Positions 13,893 to 27,259 are shown, counted from the first letter of the stretch. The stretch: 64,000 nucleotides of DNA from Octopus sinensis (GCF_006345805.1 NC_042998.1:43152001-43216000), one strand, 5' to 3'. The notes: generated from the sequence alone by a model not told the origin. Numbers and translations: made by a program.

Positions 13893-14290
13893 CTCTCTTT
13901 TACTCTTTTACTTGTTTCAGTCATTTGACTGTGGCCATGCTGGAACACCGCCTTTAGTCGAGCAAATCGATACCAGGAATTATTCTTTGAAAGCCTAGTA
14001 CTTATTCTATCGGTCTCTTTTGCCGAACCGCTAAGTTACGGGGACGTAAACACACCAGCATCGGTTCTCAAGCGATGTTGGGGGGACAAACGCTAACACA
14101 CAAGCATACACACACACATATATATACATATATACAACAGGCTTCTTTCAGTTTTCATCTACCAAATCCACTCACAAGGCTTATGTTTCTACGTTATAGT
14201 AGAAGACACTTGCCTAAGGTGCCACGCAGTGGGACTGAACCCGGAACCATGTGGTTCGTAAGCAAGCTACTTACCACACAGCCACTCCTA
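13893..14290 (-). mobile_element. SINE family 1
   Basis: Near full-length reverse-complement copy. Confidence 0.9.
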
Positions 14291-14389
14291 TTTTTTTAGC
14301 TACTATTTTAGCTATTATTTCTTATTTTTTTGTTTCCGTAATTAGACTGCAGCCATGCTGGGGCACCGCCTTGAAGCGCCTGCCTAGAC

Positions 14390-14663
14390 CAATAATTCTC
14401 AACCGAGGTCCACACGATCCTCGTGAGGGGTGGGGGGGGCATATACGATTTATTCGTCAGAATTTATGTACAATAAATTGGTTATATTTCTACAATAAAC
14501 AAAATATTTTAACAATTTTTTAAATACAATTTCTCATAATATTTAAATATTATAAAAATATAAGAGAATTTTTTAAAAACATTGAATGGGTATGAGGATC
14601 AATCTGAGTAAAATAAGAATCAAACGGGTCCATAGGTAAAAAGAAATTAGTCGAAAAACATTG
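14390..14663. mobile_element. Decayed hAT (Charlie/Buster-type) MITE inserted in a SINE 1 tail
   Basis: Degenerate TIRs CAATAATTCTCAACC / GTCGAAAAACATTG; flanks GCCTAGAC / GTTTAGTC with central TA; host SINE resumes after it. Confidence 0.5.
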
Positions 14664-14841
14664 GTTTAGTCGAACAAATCAACCCCAGCACTTACTCGTT
14701 TTCCTAAGCTTGGTACATATTCTATCGGTTTCTTATTTCCGAACTGCTACGTTAGAGTATATGCGGGAGGGAGGGGGGAGTAGACATACCAGCATCGGTT
14801 ATTAAGCGTTAGTAGAAGACAAATACAACCACAAAATCTCC

Positions 14842-15265
14842 GGCAATCTTTCGTCTCTAGTAGACCTTTCCGTCGATTTTTTTTTACATATGGGCTTCCG
14901 GGAACTTTTTGAAGTAATGAGAGCGAAAGAGACTAAGAGAAAGCGATTGTATGACGAGGGAAGTTCTTTTGAAGTTACCGTGCATGGGAGCATTGATGGA
15001 CATGTGTATGTGTGTGTGTGCGTGCGTGTGTGTGTGTTTGATGGGGTGTGGGAGACAGACAGTATGTTGTGTAAGTGAAGTGCTTCTGTTAGTGTGTGTG
15101 AAGAGACAGAGTAATGTGTGAAAGAAAGAGATAACTGAAATTTTTTACTCGGTGTATGTGTATATGTATGTATATTACTTCAAAAGTTCCCGCAAGCCCA
15201 TATGTAAAAAAAAAAATTTTTTTACGGAAATCGACGGAAAGGTCTACTAGAGACGAAAGATCGCC
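14842..15265. mobile_element. GG-terminal MITE (Merlin-like), about 80-bp TIRs
   Basis: GGCAATCTTTCGTCTCTAGTAGACC... / ...GGTCTACTAGAGACGAAAGATCGCC; perfect 8-bp TSD AAATCTCC. Confidence 0.85.
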
Positions 15266-15303
15266 AAATCTCCTTCTCTTACACATACACCAACACATAA
15301 ATA

Positions 15304-15443
15304 CGAGAGGTGTATGAAAAGTCTTGAGCCTCAGAAAAACAAAACATGGTACGAGACTTCTGATGAAGGTACAAGACTTCAAGGCTCAAAGGCCTCGAAG
15401 GCTCAAAGGCCTTGAAGGTTCAAAACTTTTCATACACCCCTCG
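15304..15443. mobile_element. Mariner-type MITE (140 bp)
   Basis: TA|CGAGAGGTGTATGAAAAGT ... ACTTTTCATACACCCCTCG|TA. Confidence 0.85.
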
Positions 15444-15639
15444 TATGTGCAGGGCTCGATTCCTTGTGGAAACTTGCTGGTCTCTTTTTTTTTTTCTTTT
15501 CTTAAAAGTATTTATCCGATTTTCCAAGCTGTCCTCACAGTCTTCTTGCGTTCGCGAATTCCTCTATTTTCTGTAGAATACGGACTCACACAGCACTTAT
15601 AAGTTTGCTTAATATATATATATATATATATATATATAG

Positions 15640-15690
<51 letters not shown>

Positions 15691-15864
15691 TGTGTCTTTA
15701 TGTGTGTGTATATATATGTATATATATATATATTATATATATATATATCTATATATATATGTATATATGTATATATGTATGTATATATATATACATACAT
15801 ATATATACACACACATATATATATATATACATATATAATACATACATACTACATACATACATAC

Positions 15865-15925
<61 letters not shown>

Positions 15926-16138
15926 TATATATATAGAAATATGTCTCTCCCTCAGTCCCAGACATACAATTTTTATTGGTACAGATATCTTGCGTCGGTT
16001 TGTCTCTCAATCATGCCCATAGTTTGGAAAGGAACTATGAGGCGTCGTTATAAACCTTACTGGATCTAAAATTACTCACAGGAACTGTTGACTGTCCCCA
16101 TGTCAATTAATGATCTTCCGCGGACTCGAGTGGAGAGC

Positions 16139-16379
16139 CATCATCATCATCATCATCATCACCACCACCACCATCGTCGTCATCATCATTATCATCATAC
16201 TCGTCATCATCCTCACCCACTCTCGCTCCCTCTTTCTTTTCTTGTCTCTTTCCCTTTCTCTTCACTCCTCACACACATATATATATACTTACAAACATAT
16301 GTGAGTGTGTATTTGCACCCACACACTCGTATATCTATGTACATTTATGGATACACATACACACGTGAACAGACACAAA

Positions 16380-16412
<33 letters not shown>

Positions 16413-16580
16413 GTGTGTGTGTGTGTGTGCGTGTGTGTATGTATGTATATATATACTGGCGCATATATATGTGAATATATACACGCATTACTACATATAT
16501 ACGCATGCATGTATATAAGCCTATATATGCATACCTGCGTGTTTATGTTACAATAATAATTATAATAATAATGATATTTA

Positions 16581-16633
<53 letters not shown>

Positions 16634-16665
16634 ATATTAATAATAATAATATTAATAATAATAAT
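16139..16665. repeat. Trinucleotide repeats (CAT/CAC)n at 16139-16210 and (AAT)/(ACT)n at 16550-16665
   Basis: Direct inspection. Confidence 0.9.
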
Positions 16666-16849
16666 CCTTTCTACTATAGGCACAAGGCCTGCAATTGGGA
16701 GAGCAAGATAGTCGATTACATCGACTCCAGTACTCAACTGGTACTTTTTTCATCGACCCCAAAAGGTAGCAACATGTAGCAACATGTAGACAAAACTGCT
16801 GCAATTAACTGAAATCTGAATAAACATTTTTAAAACTACGCTTCACCTG

Positions 16850-17042
16850 TAATACCAGCAGAGGTGATTATAAGACTTAGCATTCCATAGAATATAAACA
16901 GTAACGTTATTAATTTCAACTGAATACTAAGGCAGGATTCTTGTTTGAATCAGTTCACTCTTAAAACGTCGTGATCGATGGACCCTTGATGAAATTGCAA
17001 TGACTAGAATGCATAATTGCAGTCGTGACATATGTAGGCCAG
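16850..17042 (+). mobile_element. Possible Penelope 3' remnant with decayed hammerhead at 16981-17041
   Basis: UUGAUGA-A-AUUGCAAU...AUUGCAGU-C-GUGA-CAUAUG-UA; 8-bp stem II and palindromic stem III loop, but GAAA mutated. Confidence 0.35.
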
Positions 17043-17125
17043 ATGTATATGCTGCAGAAAACTTTTAGATAAATAAAAGTTTTTTTGATTTATAAAATCT
17101 CCACTCTCCTCTTCGTTATCAGCGT

Positions 17126-17178
<53 letters not shown>

Positions 17179-17186
17179 ATATATCT

Positions 17187-17242
<56 letters not shown>

Positions 17243-17317
17243 GTATATGTATATATATGTATGTATATGTATGTATATGTATATATATGTATGTATATGT
17301 ATGTATATGTATGTATG

Positions 17318-17350
<33 letters not shown>

Positions 17351-17528
17351 ATATATATATATATGTGTGTGTATGTATATGTATGTATATATATATATGT
17401 ATGTATATGTATGTATATATATTATATATATACATACATATACATATATACATATATATATATATAATACTGAATAGATATATGAAAATACGTCAAATGA
17501 AATAAAGAAATGAATATAGATTTATATA

Positions 17529-17593
<65 letters not shown>

Positions 17594-17599
17594 GCATAT

Positions 17600-19145
17600 A
17601 AAAAAAAGAATTCTTAAAAGCTGTAGAAATAAGAAAAAGATGCAGAAAATTGATGTGAAAGAAGTGGGTGGAACGACACGTAAAGAATCTGAAAATCGAT
17701 AAATTAAGGAATAATAAAATGTCTCCGTAGTTGATTTCTGTTGTAGGTGTTTGTAGTCATGATATAAAGTATAGGAGAAAGCGGTGTATAGTTTCTCAAA
17801 CTGTAGTGAATTGTAGGTACACTGGAGTTCAAAGCTGTGTTGTACAAACTGCGTTGTAAAGAGAAGAAAATGGGTTCCAAACTGTGGAAGCTGCGAGGCA
17901 GTGTGGAGTATAACAAATATGTAAAGGTTGGATCCCGTAAAGGTGGATACTTGTAAAGAATAATAAATAGCGCGGCGTAGAGAACAATTTATTGGTGAAG
18001 CAACTAGCAGACGTGTGAACATTGCAGAGGTAAGTAGGATGGTTAAGAGTATACCAAGTGTTAACCAACTGGCAGGTCAAAAACATATAAAAGGAATTTT
18101 CTTTGGTGGGGACATGAAGAAACCAAGTCCAATTTGGTGTTTAACAGTCTGAGTGGTAGAATTAGGATATCAAACTTTTCTGCCAGGCATTTATTACCGA
18201 TAAAGTGTACTGGGGACGATTCTATAATGCTGAAGCTGGTTATTTTGTGTTTTTAAATTGCAAATATACTTTGAAAGAGTCGTCGCAGATTTTCTGTTCT
18301 CATCTCTGAAAGTATGTATAAGCTAAGTGTGCCTGATTTAAAAGTGTTCTTAGTAAGGCTTACATAGTATTTTGAATTATTGCTATTATTGTCAACTGAT
18401 ACTTAAGCGAAGTAAGCGACACTTTATGGAATTTGCCGTTTAAAGGGCATGTACTTTCATTGACACAGTTGCACTGAGGTAAGAGTTCATTAATAGAGGC
18501 GCGTTTTTTCTATTAATTCTAGCAAAGAAGAGGCGAAATTGTCCGTGCAGATATAAGTGACTTTTAGGTTAAACCTATTAAAAATCTTGTGAAACTTATG
18601 GATGCTAGGAAAATGTCAGAAAAGACTTCCTAATGTTGGTTTTAAGGTTTAAGATGAAAGACGGGTTGTACCATATAATTTAACCTTTCCTGGTTTTCTT
18701 AGTATTAGTATTTCCTAGCTGAGGGATGTATCTTGTTTCATTGAAACCACTTCTTCTCGGGGCATCGTTGAAAAATTAGCGCTAAGATCGAAAGAGACGG
18801 TGCCATAGCCAATGAGGGTTATCCGAGGCGTGGTATTGCTAGTTGAAAACTATTGGATGAAATCTTAGATATTCTCTGGCTAATGTTTGTAGGTAAGTTC
18901 TTGATAATGCTAAGTGGGTGATTAGAGCTTTGATTCATATAATATATGACTTCATTAGGTTTTCTATAGGGGTTGAAGGATCCTAAATTTAGGTTCATAA
19001 TATCTAAGAAATTTGCTATTCTAGTGCTAGTACTAATTGTAATTTTGAGGTCGAACTTCTTAAATATATTAATTAGATCTTTCCTAAGAGGGTCCAGTTG
19101 GTGTCCGTTGTTATCCTTTGTTAAGAGGGTCCAGTTGGTGTCCGT
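17600..19145 (-). mobile_element. Penelope-like element, 5'-truncated (RT thumb + GIY-YIG endonuclease)
   Basis: NGHQLDPLRKDLINIFKKFDLKITIS..NFLDI..FNPYRKPNE..SSNHPLSIIKNLPTNISQRISKISS; CNCVNESTCPLNGK; YVSLTKNTFKS; TTLSKYI; LLNTKLDLVSSCPHQRKF. 24-bp tandem duplication at the 5' junction (19086-19145). Confidence 0.9.
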
Positions 19146-19702
19146 GTTAGAATAAAACCATCGACTCTGTTTAATCCTAACTCAATAAATTTGAAACTAG
19201 AAATTATTTTGTTTAAAAAAAATAAGCCTATAAGATTTCTACTCCATCATAACAACCCGTTGGAACATCGAACCTCTGGTCCATTACGTTTTATGTAGAA
19301 AGAACTGTCAAAACATAGAAGTGATTTTCTGGCATGCGTAATGAAGTTGATGCCCAGATCCGTTATCGAGGTATATCTGCGGGCAAAGTTTAAAACGCTT
19401 AGTTAATAGTCCTTCTGCGACAGAGGGGTAGAAATCAGTATCAAATTGATTAAATTTACAGTTCCCTTCGTCGTGTAAATTTTCGAACGAATCTATCACT
19501 GATGAACTATTTTTCCAAAGCCGAAGATTAGTAGCTTTCATATAATAAAACATGTGACAGTGGCGAGCTGGCAGAATTGTTAGCATGCCGGGTGAAATGC
19601 TTAGCGGCATTTCGCCTGTCTTAAGTTCTGAGTTCAAATTCCGCTGAAGTCGACTTTGCCTTATTCTATCGATCTATTTATTGCCGAACTATTAGATTAG
19701 AG

Positions 19703-21656
19703 GAGTGGTTCCCAACCTTTTGTGATTGAGGTTTCGTACAGCCGTATTGAGTTTTTCTGGAAAACTCAATACGTGCAGACATCAATTTAATCACAAGTAG
19801 AAAACACAAAGAACTAACAACAAAGAATACAACTCAGTTTAATGTGAGGACTGAATCTGTCTCTTCTCCACCAGCAGGTCAATGCGGGGCATAAACTTGC
19901 TCACAGCGCATCGGAAATCATGGCCGGGAGCAGTAAGACGGTTCTGGCTCTTCGACTTGATGGCCAGTAAGGCTGAGAATCCCTGCTCACACTCCCACGA
20001 GAAGGGAAAATTAGTAGCTGGGGAACAGCGTGACGGGCTAGCGTCGGGTACGAGAAGGCCATGCTTAGCCAGAAGTCTATAGGAGAGCATTCTTTGTGCT
20101 TTGTCTTTGCTGTCTCGTCTGCTTGGATATCTATGAGTTCCTCTTGTTCCCCAGTTCTGACAGGTAACTCGGCTGGATTAACGGAAGATGGATTGGCGAT
20201 GTAGGCTCAAGATGTCACGTCCGGGAAGTAATGCAACAACTCAGTTTTGAGCAGTGAGCGGTGACGGGCGATTTCTTGGGCAAATTCATCATTGGGCTCG
20301 CCGCCAAGTGTAGTCAAGAGTTCGAACATTCCGTAGCGTTTGCTCTCCACGTTCTTCAACCACAGATCCAACCTCCGGACAAACGCTCCCAGCTTTGAGA
20401 TGAACTCTGTGACAGTGCAGTTGGGCCCTTGAAACGACAGATTTAAGTGATTGAGGCTCCAAAAATGCCCGACAGGCAGGCCAACCTTGAGATATACTCC
20501 TTGTCTTCCAGATATTTTTGAAAATCGTGTTCCTTCTCCGTGAAGAAAACAAATTCATCCCTCAGTTCAAAGAGACGCCTCATCACATTACCTCTATGTG
20601 GTAGAGGAAACAGATGTGGTCGAAGCCGAAATCTTCGCAAGCAGCTTGAACAGACGAGTATTCAGAGCCGATGTTTCGACGAAATTCACGATTCTGATAA
20701 CTCGGTTAAAGCATGATAAAAATTTCAGAGGAAGCACCTGAGCACAAAGGGCGAATCTGTGTATGAAACAATGGACAGCGGTGGCGTTTAGTGACACAGC
20801 TTACACATGGGATTGAAAACCTGACTTTCAACCGAGCATAGATGGAGCCCCATCTGTCGTGCATCCAACCAACTTAATCCAATCCTGTTCATTCTGCTTG
20901 AAGAAATTGTCCAAAACGTCGAAAATATTTTTCCTTTCGTTGTATTGGACAGCTCCTGGCTTAGCAATAGCTCAGTCTTCACAGCATTATTCTGCGTGAA
21001 GCGGACGTAGGCAAATAATCAACAGCAGTCGGTGACGTCCGTCGATTCGTCGAGTTGAATGACAGACCCATACTTTGAGGCTCTCACTCCCTAATTCACT
21101 TGGTCGGTAATGTCGACAGCCATCTCCTCGATACGGCGCTGTACATTGTTGTTAGAGAGGGAAACACTCTCAAACTTCGCCGCCTCCTCCTCTCCAATCA
21201 TGTGCCTGACCAAAATTTTTGCCGCTGGCATGACGAGAGACTCTGCAATGGTATGCGTCTTCATATTTTTGGCTACCAAGAGAGCAACTTCATAGGATGC
21301 TTTCACAGTTCCTGCCTTCTTCTGGTATATCTGGTTAGTCTTGTCTATGCGCTGCCGCTTTACGTTTTCGCCAAGTCACTGGAAGTAAATCTGATCTCAG
21401 TCCTTCTTGTCCGCGTGATCAAGATGATGTTTGAGCAGGCTGGGTTTCATGGCCGCATTGGAAAGGGACTTCATACAGACCACACACTACGGAAGAGCTT
21501 CTCCTCCACGTTCGATTGCAATAAAGCTATACTTTATGTACGCAGGGTCATAGTTTCGCTTCGGCATGCTATCAAATCTTGTGGAAAAGTAAAAAGATAA
21601 ATTAATCAATCAAGAAATAAAGAAATACAAAAAAAAAAAAACATACAAAATTATAT

Positions 21657-21700
<44 letters not shown>

Positions 21701-22254
21701 ATAATAATAATAATAATAAATATACACGATAAGAAAATTATGGGTATGAAAGTAATCAATCGTTGCCAGATTACCTTGTATATGGTAGTAAACATTTTTA
21801 TGAAGAAAATATTAACTTGTAACGATATGCCTTCCTCGCTAGCTCCCAGTCAGTCTCTACCCAGCCCAGAGAGAACAAAGACACGCACCAGAAACCAAAC
21901 AAACAAGTGTCGTTAATGAGCACACAGCACATTTTGTACGCGGTGCCCTTCAAGGAAACACATAGCAGCACGCCATGCTCAAGGCCACGCGCATTGGTTG
22001 GACGGCGCTGATCACTGTAGAGAGAGCGAATAAAAGGTAACCACTGGTATGGCAGTAATCGAAAAGTACTGATTACTGGTTGGTTGATTTGGAAAGCATA
22101 AATCACATACTGGCCAAATATTGGAAACGGCACAAACTAAAAATTGCACATTACCCCGAAAGTGCTCACGTACCACCTGGAAAGCCTTCACGTACCACCT
22201 GGAAAGCCCTCACGTACCACAAGTGGTACGCGTACCGCAGGATGGGAACCACTG
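19703..22254 (-). mobile_element. hAT (Buster/Charlie group) DNA transposon, both ends present, transposase pseudogenised
   Basis: TIRs (C/G)AGTGGTTCCCA; 8-bp TSD GATTAGAG/GATTACAG (nnnTAnnn); subterminal 21-bp CACGTACCACCTGGAAAGCC repeats at 22167-22220. Confidence 0.92.
19839..21567 (-). pseudogene. Buster-type hAT transposase
   Basis: MPKRNYDPAYIKYSF..CVVCMKSLSNAAMKPSLLKHHL (BED-like), KASYEVALLVAKNMKTHTIAESLVMPAAK, HCFIHRFAL, CEQGFSALLAIKSKSQNRL..DFRCAVS; stops and frameshifts. Confidence 0.9.
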
Positions 22255-22308
22255 GATTACAGAGATGTATACAAACCAGCACCAGTCGTTTTAAGTAGTG
22301 GGCGGGGA

Positions 22309-22376
<68 letters not shown>

Positions 22377-23654
22377 ATAAATATAAATATATGTACATAT
22401 ATGCACCATTTTCACTCACAAGGCATTGGTCTACCAGGGATTAGAGAGACTGAAAGGAAGGCACACTGGTTGCAAAGCTAGCTCCATAACACCAGATCCA
22501 CACCCGTATTTAAGTACTTATATTTCGTTTCATTCATAGGCCTTGTAAAGGTGTATGTGTACTCAGAAATTTGACACGCTTTGCTAGGGCGCAGTGACAC
22601 ACATTTTTTTAAAACTACCCGCTGAATAATACGCCGTATTCAACTTGCTGGGATGGATTAAATATGAATACGTAAGCTTCTAAGAGTCAGTGGACATTTG
22701 CCAATGTAGGAAATCATTACTGTACTTTGGAAGAAGTCATTTTTGCCAACGCAGACACTGATTGTGATCGTTATTAGCTTAATTACCTAGTTATTAATAA
22801 CAAAACAATTCGACACACCTGTGATTGTTTACAGATCCCTTGATCAGATTTAAAAAACAAACATATTTGCAAAACAGGACTACTCTTTAAAGATACAACA
22901 CAGTATCTGTTTCAAATCAAGAAAAAACAAAACAAAACAATAAAAGAAAAAAACCCATTCCATACAAAATAACAACGTTGCCAGGATTACATTTTGCGTG
23001 TAAGATCTAGTTTTATTTATGATATTTTGTGATTTCCTTGATTTCAAATTTTTTTTCTATTTTGATTTCATGTCGGGTATAAAGATATTATTATCCTTTT
23101 TATCTTTTATATGTTTTATTCGTTGGATTGAGACCATGCCGCTGGGGCACCGCCTTCAGTCGAAAATAATCTGACCCAGTATTAGTTTTTTAAAAATTTA
23201 CCCAACTGCTAAGTTAGGAGGACATTAACATACCAACACCGGCTGACAAATGATGGGAAAGGGGCACAAAAACATATAAATATATATGTACAAACACACA
23301 TATAAATATAATGGAGGCTGGCCGTTGTAAAATGAGTAATTTCTGATTTCTCCTTATTTCCTCTCTACCAGTTCGAAATCTTAACATTGCAAGTATTGCA
23401 TCATCTTTAGTAATAAAGCTTAATCAGCGTAGTTGTTATTTAAGTTGAGAGAGCCGGAAACATAATCAGGTGGCAGGTACTTTATTCTTTAAGAAATTTT
23501 TCCTCGACTTTGATCCAATTGTAATTGAAGCTGCTAATAAAATATCTGGATAGTTTTTTTTTTTTTTTGGTGTTTAACAATCAATGTTCTTTTCTCTGTT
23601 GGATTCCAAGTCATTTTTTTCACACACTAATTTCTTCTCACTAAATATATTTCT

Positions 23655-23881
23655 TTATTGCCTACAAGGGGCTAAACATAGAGGGTACAAACAAGAACAG
23701 ACAAAGGGATTAAGTCGATTATATCGATCCCCAGTGCGAAACTGGTACTTTATTTATCGACCACGAAAGGATGAAAGGCAAAGTCGACCTCGGCGGAATT
23801 TGAACTCAGAACGTAACGGCAGACGAAATACGGCTACGCATTTCGTCCGGCGTGCTAACGTTTCTGCCAGCTCGCCGCCTT
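23655..23881 (-). mobile_element. SINE family 2
   Basis: Full-length reverse-complement copy. Confidence 0.9.
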
Positions 23882-24252
23882 TCTTCTCACTATATATTGC
23901 ACAACTGTAATTCCTTTCTTCCCGGAAAAATTGCACTTCATGTTAGAAGCTCCGATGAAGCTATAGGACGCTATTCAGACACTCAGCTATGATTTCACTG
24001 CATCTTATTGCAGAAACAGCTGTAAGCCAATGAAGTACATAACATAACCATCGTTTTATAGTGTCATCCCTTTTTCTTATTAATTTCTTTTCTTTAACTG
24101 CATGGTGTGTAAATATATATGGAAGAGAGCCACTCCAAAAGATCGTCAAGAAAGTATAGAGAATATCATTTTTAAAAAATTTTAGTCGAGTTTCGTAAAT
24201 TTCATATCATGTGCCATTGTTCCATGATCCTCCTTCATTTGATCAAGATATT

Positions 24253-24290
<38 letters not shown>

Positions 24291-24626
24291 CATTTCGGAG
24301 CTTTTTATGTATAGGGATAGATATTGATGTGTGTGAATCTATTTCCACATATGATTCTGGAGAATTTGAAGCGGCAAATTTATCTAGTTTTGGGTTGCTC
24401 ATTTTGCCCCATCTAAATTTGTCTTTATATGCTGAAATGGTGATCAGATGATGTTATCATCTTTTTAATGCAATTAAAGAAGGTCATCTGTTTAGCTAAT
24501 ATAGATTTTGTAAAGTAGTGAACATCTGTAAAAAATATATTTGTCTCAGTCAAAAATGCAGCAAAAACTCTCCAATGTGTCCCCACCCATATATATAGGA
24601 ATGCCGTATGTGTGTGTGCGTGCGAG

Positions 24627-24708
<82 letters not shown>

Positions 24709-24834
24709 GTGTATGTATATAGGAAAGATCCACGGGAATAATTAGAAGGTAGCTAAATGTTGCTTAAGTGTCCCAGAAATCAGTGTGTGGGATTTAATAC
24801 CGCACAGAAGCGAGACGTATTTAGGAGAACATAA

Positions 24835-25142
24835 GAAAAATCGGAATTGGAGACAAACGCTCAACAAGATGTTATTAAATCATTCATGTCTTCCTATCAT
24901 CGATGTATGTTTTGAAGGATGCATTAAAAATGCTACCGACAGGATGAATATTGTTCAGAAATGCATCAATCTCAGAGAGGATATGAACAACAGTGCTCAT
25001 CAAATAGACATTTTAACAGATTGATGCATTGCTGAACAGTATTCATCTTGTCGGATGTATATTGAACGCACCCCTCGAAACATGTCGATTAAATGAAGAT
25101 ATTTAATAACATCTTGAGCGTCTCTCGCCATTTTCAATTTTT

Positions 25143-25143
<1 letters not shown>
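24835..25143. repeat. Degenerate foldback palindrome with outward-facing hammerhead-like motifs
   Basis: Arms about 24835-24972 and 25012-25143; plus strand AUC-UUGUCGG...GAAA-CAUG-UC-GAU; minus strand UCAUC-CUGUCGG...GAUGA; right end next to (TA)n. Confidence 0.7.
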
Positions 25144-25179
<36 letters not shown>

Positions 25180-25182
<3 letters not shown>

Positions 25183-25424
25183 CCTTCTCGAGCTATGCCA
25201 AGCTCATAAGGGCCGGTTTCCCGGTTTAAATGGCGTAGAAATTCCCCCACCTGGACGGGACGCTGGTCCGTCACAGGATTACTCATTTTTGCCAGCAGAG
25301 TTGACTGGAGCAACGTGAAAATGAAGTGTTTTGCTCAAGAACACAAGGCATCGCCCGGTCCATGAATAGAAACCACAACCTTACGACCATGAGTTCAGCA
25401 CCCTAACCACTAAGCCACGCGCCT

Positions 25425-25425
<1 letters not shown>
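25180..25425 (-). mobile_element. tRNA-derived SINE family 3
   Basis: Reverse complement of GTGGCTTAGTGGTTAGGGTG...GCAAAACACTTCATTTCACGTTGCTCCAGTC; second copy at 27826-28065. Confidence 0.85.
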
Positions 25426-25458
<33 letters not shown>

Positions 25459-25519
25459 TCTTTTTCTATCTTTTACTCGTTTCAGCCATGCAGCTGTGGC
25501 CATGCTGAAGCACCACCAT

Positions 25520-26325
25520 GGTCTTTCTGACTTCCTCAGTCTGGGTGTTTCACAACAGCACTCCTGTATGTGCCTTTTTCCCAGCTGTTGGTACATTTGA
25601 TGTATAACTGAGTTTGATTCCGCAGCCCTCGTCTCTACCTCATGTCGGGCTGTTGGTATTGTGGAGAGGAGGATGTCTAATTTCTTTTTCGAAGACATCT
25701 ACTTCCATCTTATGCAAATTTCTTAATTTTTGTGGCAGGGCATTGAAAAGCTGTGGGCCTTTGAACCCTAGACTATTGCAATACCTAGTCCTGAATTTAG
25801 ATGGAGTGGACGGTACCTTTAGTACAATGCAAAGGCGGCCAGTTCTGGCACGTGTATAACACTCAATGCCAAAGTTAGGTACTAGCCCTTCTAGGATTTT
25901 CTATATGTATATTATTGTGTGTCTGTCACGCCTTCGCTCCATGGAGCGAAGTTTTCTCAACCAAGCTGTAGTTTTCTCAACCTATCCCTATAGCTCATCC
26001 ACTACACTGTTTCAAAATCTTTAGTGTAGTGGAGTTGGCCTGCTTCAAGCTCCGCTGTTAGTTTGGCACTGTGGCGATCATAACTGGGAACAATAGTCCA
26101 GGCGACCGAGAACAAAGGTTCTCCACGGGGTCAACATACTTTCTTGCTCTCTTGTCTTGAAGAATCTCAGTATCCATCCGGTCAGTTGTCTGCATGTTGC
26201 TGCTATCTTACTTATGTGAATATGAAATGATGCGTCATTTCACATGCTAATCCCCACGTCTTTCCCTGCATGTGACTCTGGGATTGTAGTGCCTTCGGGT
26301 TAGTAAGTACATGTGGATTAAAATC
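25520..26325 (-). mobile_element. CR1/Jockey-group LINE 3' fragment
   Basis: LGRLDYCSQL*SPQCQTNSG..LEAGQLHYT; ENPRRAS/NFGIECYTRARTGRLCIVLKVPSTPSKFRTRYCNSLGFKGPQLFNALP; KKLDILLSTIP. Confidence 0.85.
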
Positions 26326-26399
26326 CTTAAATCCTTAAAAATGTTTTAGCCCGAAGGCCGCGGCCATACTGGGGCACCCGATTGTTGGCGATTTTTTTT

Positions 26400-26592
26400 T
26401 TCTCCGTCTTCCTTTTCTCTTTGACTTTCCTGTCCCCTGTTTCTGAAGAAGAGCTTTGCTCGAAACGTAAGACTAACTTTCTTTCCTACCCTGAGCATCT
26501 GTTAATACTTTGCATGTACCACGTCCTCGCATTGTTGATTTTTTTTTCTTCTTGTGTGTGTTTCTTCGTTTTATTTTTTTGGATTAATTATA
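26400..26592 (+). repeat. Hammerhead-bearing short repeat, subfamily A; intact core at 26439-26473
   Basis: GUUU-CUGAAGA-A-GAGC(UUU)GCUC-GAAA-CG-UA-AGAC; related copies at 30280-30452 and 31830-31975, partial copies at 29735-29832 and 39895-39990 (-). Confidence 0.75.
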
Positions 26593-27192
26593 TATATCTA
26601 TATATCTATATCTGTATATTACATCGTTTATTATGGCCGGTCAGAGAGTGACCTTTGGCTTCGCACTTACAAAGCATTGAGCTGTATAGGCGCCTTTATG
26701 GATCGAGACCGGACATATATTTAATTTCATGTAAATATATTACTGCTCTAACTTTTATAGTGTGCTTCTTTTTCGGATATATGATCCACTAGCAATAATA
26801 TATATATATAGCACAAAATTAAGTGTAAGACATTTCAATTTTAGAGGGAAAATATTACTTCTTACTAACTAAATATCAGTAAACATTTATAAAATTTGAA
26901 GTAAAACAGTTTATCTTCTGTCTGGGGGTCAAGAACATGTCTTCAGACAGAAGATAAACTGTTTTTACTTTAAAATTTTTATAAATTTTTATTGATATTT
27001 GATGAGATTCATCAAAACCGGTAATAACTTCTTTATATAATTTTTTAAAATCATTTTTTATTAAATTCACTCTTAAATTGAAATGGCTTAGACTTATTTC
27101 TGTGCTATTTCCACCTCCATCCTTTATATATAAAAATTTGATTCGTATGGATCTCTAATCTTTTTTCAGCTATGCATATATATATATAAATG

Positions 27193-27259
<67 letters not shown>

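Noticed and set aside
15357-15375. CTGATGAAGG inside the mariner MITE
   Set aside because: No downstream GAAA or stem III
16088-16474. Poly-His ORF
   Set aside because: (CAT/CAC)n microsatellite running into low-complexity sequence; no coding context
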